Positions 8,200-15,944 of a stretch of DNA of 15,944 nucleotides are shown here, piece after piece (within the stretch, counting starts at the first letter, position 1; each line of letters opens with the position of its first letter). Location: the NCBI GenBank assembly GCA_003009755.1, contig PXUB01000037.1, positions 64,972-80,915 on the forward strand, given 5' to 3'. This DNA comes from Thermoplasmatales archaeon SW_10_69_26. Its GTDB lineage: Archaea > Thermoplasmatota > SW-10-69-26. The notes beneath the pieces are model-generated. The model made no database searches. It saw only the letters and a list, made by a program, of their open reading frames with translations, and was not told the origin of the DNA. Both the position numbers and the translations under genes were made by a program.

Positions 8200-10406
8200 A
8201 CCGGATCCTGGCGATCGCCGTGTTGGCCACGGTCGCCATCGCCGGCCTCGCCGCCGGGCACCACCTCAGCGTCGGCGCCTCCCAGGGGAGGGTCGAGGTC
8301 TCCGAGCGGCCCGGCGATCCCTCCGTCGACCGCGAGCTGTACCACCGCGGCGTCGAGACCGACTGCCCGACGCCCCGGTTGGACCCGGCGGACCCCTCTC
8401 GCGGGAAGCAGGACCCGATGTGCGGCCGGCTGGTCTACCACGAGGGCACCGAATTCGAGCGCTGGGCGCCCGCCGACCAGGTGGTCTACGATCCGGTGGC
8501 CATCTTCGACGTCCAGCGCACCCACACCCTCGGCGTGGCCGCCCTGACGACGTGCCAGCCGTGGTGCCTGCAGCCATCCGTGACGTACCCGCTCTACGAC
8601 AGCGTGAACAATCTCGCCTACCGCGCCGGGCTCGCCCACAGCGACCGAGCCGACGAGGCCGATCACGGAACCCAGTCCTACGGAGGGGGCCTCCAACGGA
8701 CCCACGCCCTGACGATCGCCCGAGAGGATGCCGGCCTTGGCGAGGGCAACGGCTGGACGATCGTCTCCCACGACCGCAGCTTCGTCGGGATCCTCGAGGA
8801 CGGGGAGGGCTACCCAGTCGGGCCCCACAGACTGCGAGAGATCGCCGCCGACCGCAACCTCCCCGCCGCCGCCGAGCCGACCGTGTGCGGGTTCTCGCCC
8901 GACATCGACCTCGGTCACGACGGCTGCGAGCTCCCGTTCCGATGGGAAACCGAGGACACCAACCGGGGCGACAACCCCTGTCGCAGCCCCACCTACGTCT
9001 GTGCCCCCGGCGAGGGCAGCTGGCAGGCTCGCCTAACCTGCGCGCCCGCCCACGGCTGCGGCTCCCAGGCAAGCACGCTCACGGACTCGGACCGTCTCGA
9101 GAAGGACCAGGCCCACGACCTGGATCCTCGTCCCCAGGGGACCCGCCCGGTCGTCTGGCACTTCGTCGCCGCGCCCTCCGTCAGCGAGTGCGGCGGCCAC
9201 CGCGAACCCGGGTTCGATCCCTCCCCCGACGCCGCCAGCCGGGGGTTCCTCGGCCACGACCTCGACGTCTACACGACGCTCGACACCCGGCACGATGTCC
9301 ACGTCACCCCGCTCGTCCGCCACGAGACCGCCGCCGGCACCGCCAAGGTGGCCGATCTCGTTCACGAGGCTACGGATCCGGTCTGGCGGGAACCGGCGCC
9401 CGAGCCCAACCAGCCCGGCGAGCTCGGCGGCCTGCGGGACACCTCGGCCACCCACCCGATCGACCGCGACTGGCGGCACTGCCTGACCGTCGCCTCGCCG
9501 GAGACCCGCGACACTTTGGACCCCTGGGCCGACGTCGTCGACGCTCGCCTGGTGCCCGCCGACACCAGTGCCCACGTCGAGGGCACGCTGGAGGCGCCGG
9601 CCGGCACCGAGGGCCAGCGAGCCCGCACGGGCACCTACGTCCCCACCGGTCGCACCGTGTACGCGGCGGACACCGACGACGACGGCGACCGCGAGACCGC
9701 CGCCTGGGGGGACTGGTGGACGACCGACGGTGTGTACCCCGTCCTGTGGGACATGCACGTCACCCCCGAGGGCTGGCCCGACCCGGAGGCCGGCTGCCGC
9801 CTCCACGACAGCGGCATCATCCGTGAAGGCCAAACCCTGACCGAGGCCATGCTCGCCGCCGGCTACGAGGCCGGCACCGGGCTCGTCCAGGCGCTGGCGC
9901 TCGACGAACCCGTCGTCTGGACCCACCGACCCACCGGGACCGAGGTCCCCTTCCCCAGGGGCGGCGTGTTCGTGCTGGGCAGCCAAGCCGTCCACGAGCT
10001 CGGGCTCGGCCCATCCCCCCAGGCACCCATGGCCGAGCACGTCCGCACGGTCACGAACGCCGCCGCCGAGGCCGCCGGGCTCGCGGACCGGGACCCGATC
10101 GTGCTTCGCCAGGCCCTCGACGTCGACCCCGACGGCCAGACCGGATCCGACTGGCAACCCCAATGCGGGGAGCCCGCCGGCGGGTTCACCAGCCGATGGT
10201 CGCTCACCCGCGTCTGCACCGGCCAGGGCGAGTGCACGACGTCCACGGCCGTCACACGGCTCCTGTTCGAGATCTCGGACGGCGAGGACGCGTTCTTCGA
10301 CCACGCGACGTGGGCCCGGCCCTTCCCCGACGACCACACCGACGCCTTCCCCCGCGGCCAGCACAACTGGACCGACGTGGACCGGCTGGGCCCCGTGTCA
10401 CGGTGA
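8196..10406 (+). CDS. Large secreted Cys-rich hypothetical protein, 736 aa
   Basis: The GTG start overlaps the upstream TGA (GTGA) and follows a GGAGG SD. It has the signal peptide MNRILAIAVLATVAIAGLAAG, 16 Cys, a DTDDDGD motif and acidic composition. Confidence 0.82.
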   Translation: MNRILAIAVLATVAIAGLAAGHHLSVGASQGRVEVSERPGDPSVDRELYHRGVETDCPTPRLDPADPSRGKQDPMCGRLVYHEGTEFERWAPADQVVYDPVAIFDVQRTHTLGVAALTTCQPWCLQPSVTYPLYDSVNNLAYRAGLAHSDRADEADHGTQSYGGGLQRTHALTIAREDAGLGEGNGWTIVSHDRSFVGILEDGEGYPVGPHRLREIAADRNLPAAAEPTVCGFSPDIDLGHDGCELPFRWETEDTNRGDNPCRSPTYVCAPGEGSWQARLTCAPAHGCGSQASTLTDSDRLEKDQAHDLDPRPQGTRPVVWHFVAAPSVSECGGHREPGFDPSPDAASRGFLGHDLDVYTTLDTRHDVHVTPLVRHETAAGTAKVADLVHEATDPVWREPAPEPNQPGELGGLRDTSATHPIDRDWRHCLTVASPETRDTLDPWADVVDARLVPADTSAHVEGTLEAPAGTEGQRARTGTYVPTGRTVYAADTDDDGDRETAAWGDWWTTDGVYPVLWDMHVTPEGWPDPEAGCRLHDSGIIREGQTLTEAMLAAGYEAGTGLVQALALDEPVVWTHRPTGTEVPFPRGGVFVLGSQAVHELGLGPSPQAPMAEHVRTVTNAAAEAAGLADRDPIVLRQALDVDPDGQTGSDWQPQCGEPAGGFTSRWSLTRVCTGQGECTTSTAVTRLLFEISDGEDAFFDHATWARPFPDDHTDAFPRGQHNWTDVDRLGPVSR

Positions 10407-10452
10407 CGCCACGACCGGGGCATCTTTGAGGGGGAGGCCGGCTGCCCGGCCC

Positions 10453-11694
10453 GTGTCCTTGCCCGTCGGGATCGGGGACGTCGAAGCGGCCCGTCAGACG
10501 CTGGCCGACCCCCTCCAGCGGGGCGTCGTCGAGCACACGCCCACGATGCAATCCGAGGCGCTGTCCGAGGCGACCGGCGCCGACGTGCACCTCAAGCTCG
10601 AGAACCTGCAACGCACCGGCGCGTTCAAGATCCGCGGCGCCTACAACCGGATCTCGGCCCTCGACGAGGCCAGCCGCGAAGCCGGCGTCGTGTGCGCCTC
10701 GGCCGGCAACCACGCCCAGGGCGTCGCGCTGGCCGCCCGCGACCAGGGCGTCGAGGCCGTCATCTGCATGCCCGAGGACGCCCCGATCTCCAAGGTGCAG
10801 GCCACGCGCGAGCTCGGCGCCGAGGTCGTGCTCGAGGGCCGCGACTACAACGAAGCCTACGACCGAGCCCGCGAGATCGAAGCCGACCGCGGCCTGGCCT
10901 TCGTGCACCCCTACGACGATCCCGACGTCGTCGCCGGCCAGGGCACGATCGGGCTCGAGATCCTCGAGGCGGTGCCCGACGTCGACACGGTGCTCGTGTG
11001 CGTGGGCGGCGGCGGCCTGCTGGCCGGCATCGCGACCGCGATCAAGGCCCAGCGCCCCGACACGCGCGTCATCGGTGTCGAACCGACGGGCGCCGACGCG
11101 CTGCACCGCTCGCTGGCGGCCGGCGAACGTGTGGAGCTGGACGCCGTCGACACGATCGCCGACGGCCTCGCGACGCGCTCGTGCGGGGAGATCGCCTTCC
11201 AGGTGGCCCGCGAGCACGTCGAACGCGTCGTCACGGTCGACGACGACGCGATCGCCGGCGCCATCTTGCACTTGCTCGAGGACGAGAAGAGCCTCGTCGA
11301 AGGGGCCGGCGCCGCCGCCGGGGCCGCCCTGCTCGCGGACACCCTCGACGTCGAAGGGGAGACCCTGGCCGCGCTCGTCAGCGGCGGCAACATCGACGTC
11401 ACCCTGCTCGACAACATCATCGACCGTGGCCTGGCGCGCTCGGGCCGGCACCTCGAGATCGAGGTCCCTCTCCCCGATCGTCCCGGTACGCTGCAAAAGC
11501 TGTTGGACGTGATCGCGGCCTCGCGGGCCAACATCCTGGAGATCGAACACAACCGCCGTCGGCTCGACGTGGCGCTCAACGTCGCGCTCGTCCGCGTCTC
11601 GCTGGAGACCCGCGGCCCCGAGCACGTCGACGAGCTGCTCGCGACGCTCGAGGACGCCGGCTACGACGCGCGCGTCCTCTCGCAATCGCGGTAG
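10453..11694 (+). CDS. ilvA: Threonine ammonia-lyase (dehydratase), PLP-dependent, with one C-terminal ACT domain, 413 aa
   Basis: Motifs KLENLQRTGAFKIRGA (PLP lysine), SAGNHAQG, HPYDD, VGGGGL, SGGNID and the ACT motif LPDRPGTL. GTG 10453 lies 28 nt after a TTTGAG box. TTG 10426 is an alternative start. Confidence 0.93.
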   Translation: MSLPVGIGDVEAARQTLADPLQRGVVEHTPTMQSEALSEATGADVHLKLENLQRTGAFKIRGAYNRISALDEASREAGVVCASAGNHAQGVALAARDQGVEAVICMPEDAPISKVQATRELGAEVVLEGRDYNEAYDRAREIEADRGLAFVHPYDDPDVVAGQGTIGLEILEAVPDVDTVLVCVGGGGLLAGIATAIKAQRPDTRVIGVEPTGADALHRSLAAGERVELDAVDTIADGLATRSCGEIAFQVAREHVERVVTVDDDAIAGAILHLLEDEKSLVEGAGAAAGAALLADTLDVEGETLAALVSGGNIDVTLLDNIIDRGLARSGRHLEIEVPLPDRPGTLQKLLDVIAASRANILEIEHNRRRLDVALNVALVRVSLETRGPEHVDELLATLEDAGYDARVLSQSR

Positions 11695-11735
11695 AAGAAG
11701 AGGGACGACGGCGGGCGGCCACCGAGGGCCGCCGC
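11695..11735 (-). terminator. GC hairpin plus pyrimidine tract between convergent genes
   Basis: The stem is GGCGGCC (11714-11720) / GGCCGCC (11727-11733). On the minus strand it is followed by CCCTCTTCTT. Confidence 0.4.
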
Positions 11736-11746
11736 GCCCAACCGGC

Positions 11747-11995
11747 TCAGATCGGGAAGAACTCGCAGTACACGTAGTCGACGAACTCATCGACCGTGTC
11801 GGAGGCGTACCGCTCGTGGTCCTGGTGGTCGAGGAGCGCCAGCGTGTGGCCGGCCTGATCCTGGGCGGACTCGAGCTCGCAGTCGGGGTTCGTGTCCGGC
11901 TTCGGCGGGAAGCCGGCGGCTGCCGCCGGCGCCACGGTCAATCCCAGCAGGCTCAACGCGATCGCGATCGCCGCGGTTCGTCGCAGGTCCGTCAT
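11747..11995 (-). CDS. Small secreted protein, 82 aa (signal peptide plus ~55 aa acidic mature peptide with 2 Cys)
   Basis: MTDLRRTAAIAIALSLLGLTVAPAAAA is a clear signal peptide with an AxA cleavage site. The ORF fills an otherwise empty intergenic gap and has a TTGAAG box upstream (12033-12028). Confidence 0.75.
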   Translation of the reverse strand: MTDLRRTAAIAIALSLLGLTVAPAAAAGFPPKPDTNPDCELESAQDQAGHTLALLDHQDHERYASDTVDEFVDYVYCEFFPI

Positions 11996-12115
11996 GGTTG
12001 CCCACGGCGCGCAGCCTCGCTTCGGGACTTCAATGCTGTCGCGGTCCCGGTCGAACGGCGGGCGCCGGCTCAGGCGGGTCCTCGCCGCCGTCCACGGCGC
12101 AGACGTTGGGTCGGC

Positions 12116-12130
12116 CGAACCAGTTTTAAG
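12116..12130 (+). promoter_or_regulatory. BRE/TATA promoter of the etf/fix operon
   Basis: CGAACCAG-TTTTAAG, with the TATA part starting 35 nt upstream of ATG 12159. Confidence 0.65.
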
Positions 12131-12158
12131 GATGACGTTTCATCGGCCGCCGACGCCC

Positions 12159-12998
12159 ATGGATATCGCCGTCCTCGTCAAGGGTGTTCCCGACTTCTCG
12201 GAGGGCAGCGTGGAGTTCCACGAGGATAACACGCTGGACCGGGGGTCCACCGAGACCGTGTTGAACCCCAACGACCACTTCGCGCTCGAATGCGCGCGGG
12301 AGCTCAAGGTCAAGCACGGGGCCACCATCCACGTCGTGACGATGGGGCCCCCGAACTACAAGGAGGTCCTGCACGAGGCCGCCGAGTTCGCCGGCGACGA
12401 GTTTTACCTCCTCAGCGACGGCAAGTTCGCCGGCGCCGACACGTGGGCCACCGCGCACGCCCTCCACGCGGGCCTCAACGAGATCGGCGACCTCGATCTC
12501 GTGATCGCTGGCTTCAAGACGGCCGACGGCGAGACCGGGCACACCGGTCCCCAGACCTCGCTTATGCTCGACTGGCCGATCATCACGCACTGCGTCGAGG
12601 TCAACGTCCAGCCCGAGGCCGAGACGATCGGCGCTCGCCGGCAACTGTACGGCGAAGCCGAGCACTGCGAGGGCCCTTTGCCCTGCTTCATCGTGATGGA
12701 CCCCGACTACGAACCGTCCTTCCACACGGCCAGCCAGCGGCTGCGCCTCAAGGACATCCTCGCCGAGCAAGCGGAGATCGTCGAGGCCGAGGACTTCGGC
12801 GAGCACGTCCACACGTGGGGCCTGGAGGACCTGCCCGTCGACGAGCACGTCGTCGGGCTCCGCGGCTCGCCGACGATCGTCTCCGGCGTGGACCCGATCC
12901 CGCAACCGCCGGCCGAGCGCGATGCCGAGGAGTTCGGCACCAGCGAGGAAGAGCTGCGTGAGGTCGCCAAGCTCCTCGTCGAGAAGGGGGGTCTTTGA
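12159..12998 (+). CDS. etfB: Electron transfer flavoprotein beta subunit (FixA family), 279 aa
   Basis: Motifs MDIAVLVKGVPD, LNPND, VVTMGPP, LLSDGKFAGADTWAT, DGETGHTGPQ and VGLRGSPTIV. Confidence 0.93.
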   Translation: MDIAVLVKGVPDFSEGSVEFHEDNTLDRGSTETVLNPNDHFALECARELKVKHGATIHVVTMGPPNYKEVLHEAAEFAGDEFYLLSDGKFAGADTWATAHALHAGLNEIGDLDLVIAGFKTADGETGHTGPQTSLMLDWPIITHCVEVNVQPEAETIGARRQLYGEAEHCEGPLPCFIVMDPDYEPSFHTASQRLRLKDILAEQAEIVEAEDFGEHVHTWGLEDLPVDEHVVGLRGSPTIVSGVDPIPQPPAERDAEEFGTSEEELREVAKLLVEKGGL

Positions 12999-14170
12999 TG
13001 GATTACGACGTGTACGAGGCCACCCAAGACGCCTCCGTCGGGGACATGTGGGTGTTCTGCGAGTCGCGCGACGGTCAGCTTCGCGACGTCTCGCTCGAGA
13101 TGCTGGGCAAGGCCCGCCGGATGATGGACGACTACAACGAGGAGTACGACGCCGACGAGAACGTCGTCGCCCTCGTGCTCGGCCAGGACGCCCGCGGCCT
13201 CGCCGGCGAATGCGTCCAGCACGGCGCCGACGTCGTCTACGTCGCCGAGGACGAACAGCTCGTTCCCTTCCGCCTGCTCCCCTACACCACGGTCGTCGCC
13301 AACGCGGCCCTGATGCGCGACGAGTACAAGGACTACGACAAGCCGCGCTACTTCCTGTTCCCCGCCACGCACAACGGCCGGGACCTGTCCGCGACCGTCG
13401 CCGGCAAGCTCGACACCGGGCTGGCCAGCGACTGCGACGACCTCTACATCGAGGACGCCGAGATCAAGCACCCGTTCAAGACCGAAGGCGAGGAGACGGT
13501 CTTCGAGCGGACCCTCCACATGGTCCGCCCCGACTTCAGCGGGTTCGAGCACTCCACGATCCTGTGCCTGGACAACCCGCACCGCGATTTCCACCCGCAG
13601 TCGGCCTCGGTGATCCCGGGCAGCTTCCCGGTGCCCGAACCCGACCGCGACCGCCTGCAAGAGGGACGCATCCTCCAGCTACCGGTCAAGTTCCGCGAGG
13701 GTGACCTCGACGTGACGGTCACCGAACGCGAGCACCTCGACGACGGCGTCGACCTCACCGACGACGAACGCGTCGTCGCCGTCGGCCGCGGCATCGGGGA
13801 GGACCCCACCGAGGGCCTCGAGCTCGGCCTCGAGCTCTCCGACGCCCTCGGCAGCGGGTTCGGCCTCTCCCGCGGCGTCATCACCGCCAGCTACAACGTC
13901 GACGGCAACGTCGAAAGCTACGTGGCCGAGGAGCGCCAGATCGGCGAGACCGGGCAGATCGTCGAGCCCGACGTCTACATTGCCGCCGGCATCAGCGGCG
14001 CCGTCCAACACAAGACCGGCATGGACGAGTCCGAGTTCATCTGTTCGATCAACACGGACCCCGAGGCGCCGATCAAGGACTTCTCCAACGTGTACATCCA
14101 CGGGGACCTGTTCGAGGTCGTTCCGCGGCTCATCGACGAGATCGAACGCATCCGGGAGGGAGACGAGTGA
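12998..14170 (+). CDS. etfA: Electron transfer flavoprotein alpha subunit (FixB family), 390 aa
   Basis: TGATG coupling to etfB. Motifs ATHNGRDLSA, TGLASDC, VVAVGRGI, RQIGETGQIVEPDVYIAAGISGAVQHKTGM and INTDPEAPI. Confidence 0.93.
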   Translation: MDYDVYEATQDASVGDMWVFCESRDGQLRDVSLEMLGKARRMMDDYNEEYDADENVVALVLGQDARGLAGECVQHGADVVYVAEDEQLVPFRLLPYTTVVANAALMRDEYKDYDKPRYFLFPATHNGRDLSATVAGKLDTGLASDCDDLYIEDAEIKHPFKTEGEETVFERTLHMVRPDFSGFEHSTILCLDNPHRDFHPQSASVIPGSFPVPEPDRDRLQEGRILQLPVKFREGDLDVTVTEREHLDDGVDLTDDERVVAVGRGIGEDPTEGLELGLELSDALGSGFGLSRGVITASYNVDGNVESYVAEERQIGETGQIVEPDVYIAAGISGAVQHKTGMDESEFICSINTDPEAPIKDFSNVYIHGDLFEVVPRLIDEIERIREGDE

Positions 14171-15840
14171 CCGAGCGCTACGAGGCCGTGGTCGTCGGAG
14201 CCGGACCCTCCGGCCTGGCGACCGCTCTGGAACTGGCACGCCAAGACGTGGAGACGCTCGTCCTCGAACGGGGCAAGTTCCCCGGCTCGAAGAACGCCAC
14301 CGGCGGCATCATCTACGGGCAGACGAACACCGAGCACAACCTCGACGACGTCGTGCCCGACCTCCACGAGAACGCGCCGCTGGAACGCCCGATCGACGGG
14401 TACGAGTTCCACTGCATGGCGAACGAGAAGGTCCAAAGCTTCGACCTGACGGACCTCCACCAACACAACCACAAGTGGAGCTACACCGTGCTGCGCTCCA
14501 GGTTCGACCGCTGGCTCGGCGAGCGCGCCCACGAGGCGTGCCGCGAAGCCGGTGGTGGCCTGCTTTCCGACGTGCGCGTCAACGGCCCCCTCGTCGAGAA
14601 CGGCGAGATCGTCGGCGTCGAGACCGAGGAGCTGGACCCGATCCGCGCCGACATGGTCGTCGCCGCCGACGGTGCCACCAGCGAGATGGTGCGCCAGGCC
14701 GGCCTGCGCGACTGGGAGGAGCCCGAGGACTGGTTCCAGGGCGTCAAGGTCGTGCTCGACGTCCCCGAGGACCTGATCGAGGAGAACTTCGACCTCGACG
14801 ACGAGGGCGAGGCCCACCTGTTCGCCGGCAACATCTTCGAAGGCGTGCGCGGCGGCGGGTTCCTGTACACCAACGACGACACGCTGTCGATCGGCACCGT
14901 GTTCCATCTCGACTCCCTGGCCGAGAACGGCACCGAACCCCACCGCCTGATGGACCGCCTGCTCGAGCATCCGCTGGTCCAGGACTGGGTCGGCCCGGAC
15001 GCCGAGGAGGTCGAGTACTCGGCCAAGCTCATCCCCGACGGCAAGAAGATGCTCGTCGACCAGCCCTACCGCGGCCGGATGGTCGCGGTCGGCGACGCCG
15101 CCGGGCAGCTGCAAGCCCAGGGCCCGATCATCAAGGGCATGAACCTCGGCATCTCCGCCGGCATCCTCGCCGGGCGCTCCTTCGCCGAGGCCAAGGCCAA
15201 GAACGCTCCCGAGACCGTCGGCGAGCGCTACCACGAGGCCCTGCAGGACAGCTACATCCCGACCTCGGTCCGGCCCTCCAGCTACGAGATCGCTGCCTCC
15301 ACGAGCGAGAACGAGTTCGTGAACGGCCTGTTGGAGAGCTTCGCCCGCTCGTGGTTGGGCCGCAAGCTCATCGGCTCCGGCGTCGGCCAAGCCCGCCTGG
15401 AATCGATGATGAACAGCCCGTCCCTGATGGCCAGCGCGCCCGACATCCGGTTCAGCTACGTCACGCTGCCGGAGGTCATCGCCGAGGAAGCCGGCGAGCC
15501 CGTGCACGGCCCGCCCGAAGGCGTCGTGTTCGAGCCGCGCAGCCTCGACGACCGCATCGGTGATCTCACCTACGACGTCGACGCCGGCAACCCGCACATC
15601 GAGCTGCTGGACGACCGGCCCGAGATCTCCGCGACCGCCGTCCACACGTGCCCGGTCAGCGACCGCGAGATCTCCCGCGGCTGCTACCGGTTCGAAACGC
15701 GCAAGGCCAACGGCGGCAAGGAGCGCTTCGTCGCCCTCGACACCCAACCCTGCGTCGAGTGCGGCACCTGCGCCATCGTCGCCGACACCGACTGGGACCA
15801 TCCCAGAGGTGGGAAGGGCGTCGAATACGAGTACGGGTGA
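14167..15840 (+). CDS. fixC: FixC-like FAD-dependent ETF oxidoreductase fused to a C-terminal FixX-like ferredoxin, 557 aa
   Basis: GTGA coupling to etfA. It has the Rossmann motif VVVGAGPSG, ERGKFPGSKNATGG, AADGA, GGGFLYTN and VGDAAG. The C-terminal CPVS..GCY..CVECGTC..WDHPRGGKGVEYEYG is typical of FixX. Confidence 0.9.
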   Translation: MTERYEAVVVGAGPSGLATALELARQDVETLVLERGKFPGSKNATGGIIYGQTNTEHNLDDVVPDLHENAPLERPIDGYEFHCMANEKVQSFDLTDLHQHNHKWSYTVLRSRFDRWLGERAHEACREAGGGLLSDVRVNGPLVENGEIVGVETEELDPIRADMVVAADGATSEMVRQAGLRDWEEPEDWFQGVKVVLDVPEDLIEENFDLDDEGEAHLFAGNIFEGVRGGGFLYTNDDTLSIGTVFHLDSLAENGTEPHRLMDRLLEHPLVQDWVGPDAEEVEYSAKLIPDGKKMLVDQPYRGRMVAVGDAAGQLQAQGPIIKGMNLGISAGILAGRSFAEAKAKNAPETVGERYHEALQDSYIPTSVRPSSYEIAASTSENEFVNGLLESFARSWLGRKLIGSGVGQARLESMMNSPSLMASAPDIRFSYVTLPEVIAEEAGEPVHGPPEGVVFEPRSLDDRIGDLTYDVDAGNPHIELLDDRPEISATAVHTCPVSDREISRGCYRFETRKANGGKERFVALDTQPCVECGTCAIVADTDWDHPRGGKGVEYEYG

Positions 15841-15930
15841 GCGAAGCGAACCCGCACGCAGTATTCGACGACCTGAGTACGGGTCCGAGCGCCGCATCCA
15901 CCGGAGGAGCCAAGCGAGGACCCGTGCGAA
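15819..15930. repeat. Two tandem related stem-loops overlapping and following the fixCX stop codon
   Basis: Hairpin 1 pairs CGTCGAATAC-GAGTACGGGT (15819-15838) with ACCCGCACGCA-GTATTCGACG (15850-15870), loop GAGCGAAGCGA. Hairpin 2 pairs GTACGGGTCC (15877-15886) with GGACCCGTGC (15918-15927), loop GAGCG...AAGCGA. Confidence 0.7.
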
Positions 15931-15944
15931 ATCCGGGATCCAAG

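Noticed and set aside
12064-12077. GCCGGCTCAGGCGG resembling GCCGGCCTCAGGCGG (1309-1323) of the element
   Set aside because: The match is short, gapped and GC-rich, with no accompanying element motifs, so it is likely chance.
11892-12158. N-terminal extensions of etfB, and likewise of the ORFs starting at 6333 and 7306
   Set aside because: Family homology or signal peptides begin at the downstream ATGs (12159, 6432, 7528), and the extensions overlap promoters or neighbouring genes.
8180-15897. Other long alternative-frame ORFs (8180-9826, 9033-10364, 10252-11790, 13975-15897, 13980-15563)
   Set aside because: They overlap better-supported genes almost entirely, as expected from stop-codon scarcity at high GC.

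Overview
GC-rich (roughly 70% by eye) chromosomal segment. Its proteins are strongly acidic (Asp/Glu-rich), and BRE/TATA-like boxes lie about 28-35 nt before several start codons, so it most likely comes from a salt-adapted archaeon; whether Halobacteria or a halophilic Thermoplasmatota lineage cannot be settled from the window. Recognisable genes are a PAPS-dependent sulfotransferase, a GmhB-like HAD-IIIA phosphatase with a small downstream ORF, a CPD photolyase, NADP-malic enzyme maeB, threonine ammonia-lyase ilvA, and an etfB-etfA-fixC/X operon. Unexplained content: (i) a 354-bp transposase-less element between two CTAGs at the sulfotransferase stop codon, carrying two inverted copies of a structured module whose loops are conserved while its stems covary; (ii) a related GAGTACGGG..CCCGTGCGAA stem-loop pair over the fixCX stop codon; (iii) a 9-nt-periodic inverted repeat before the sulfotransferase; (iv) a three-gene operon of exported or membrane-anchored proteins of unknown function; (v) a small secreted two-Cys peptide gene.
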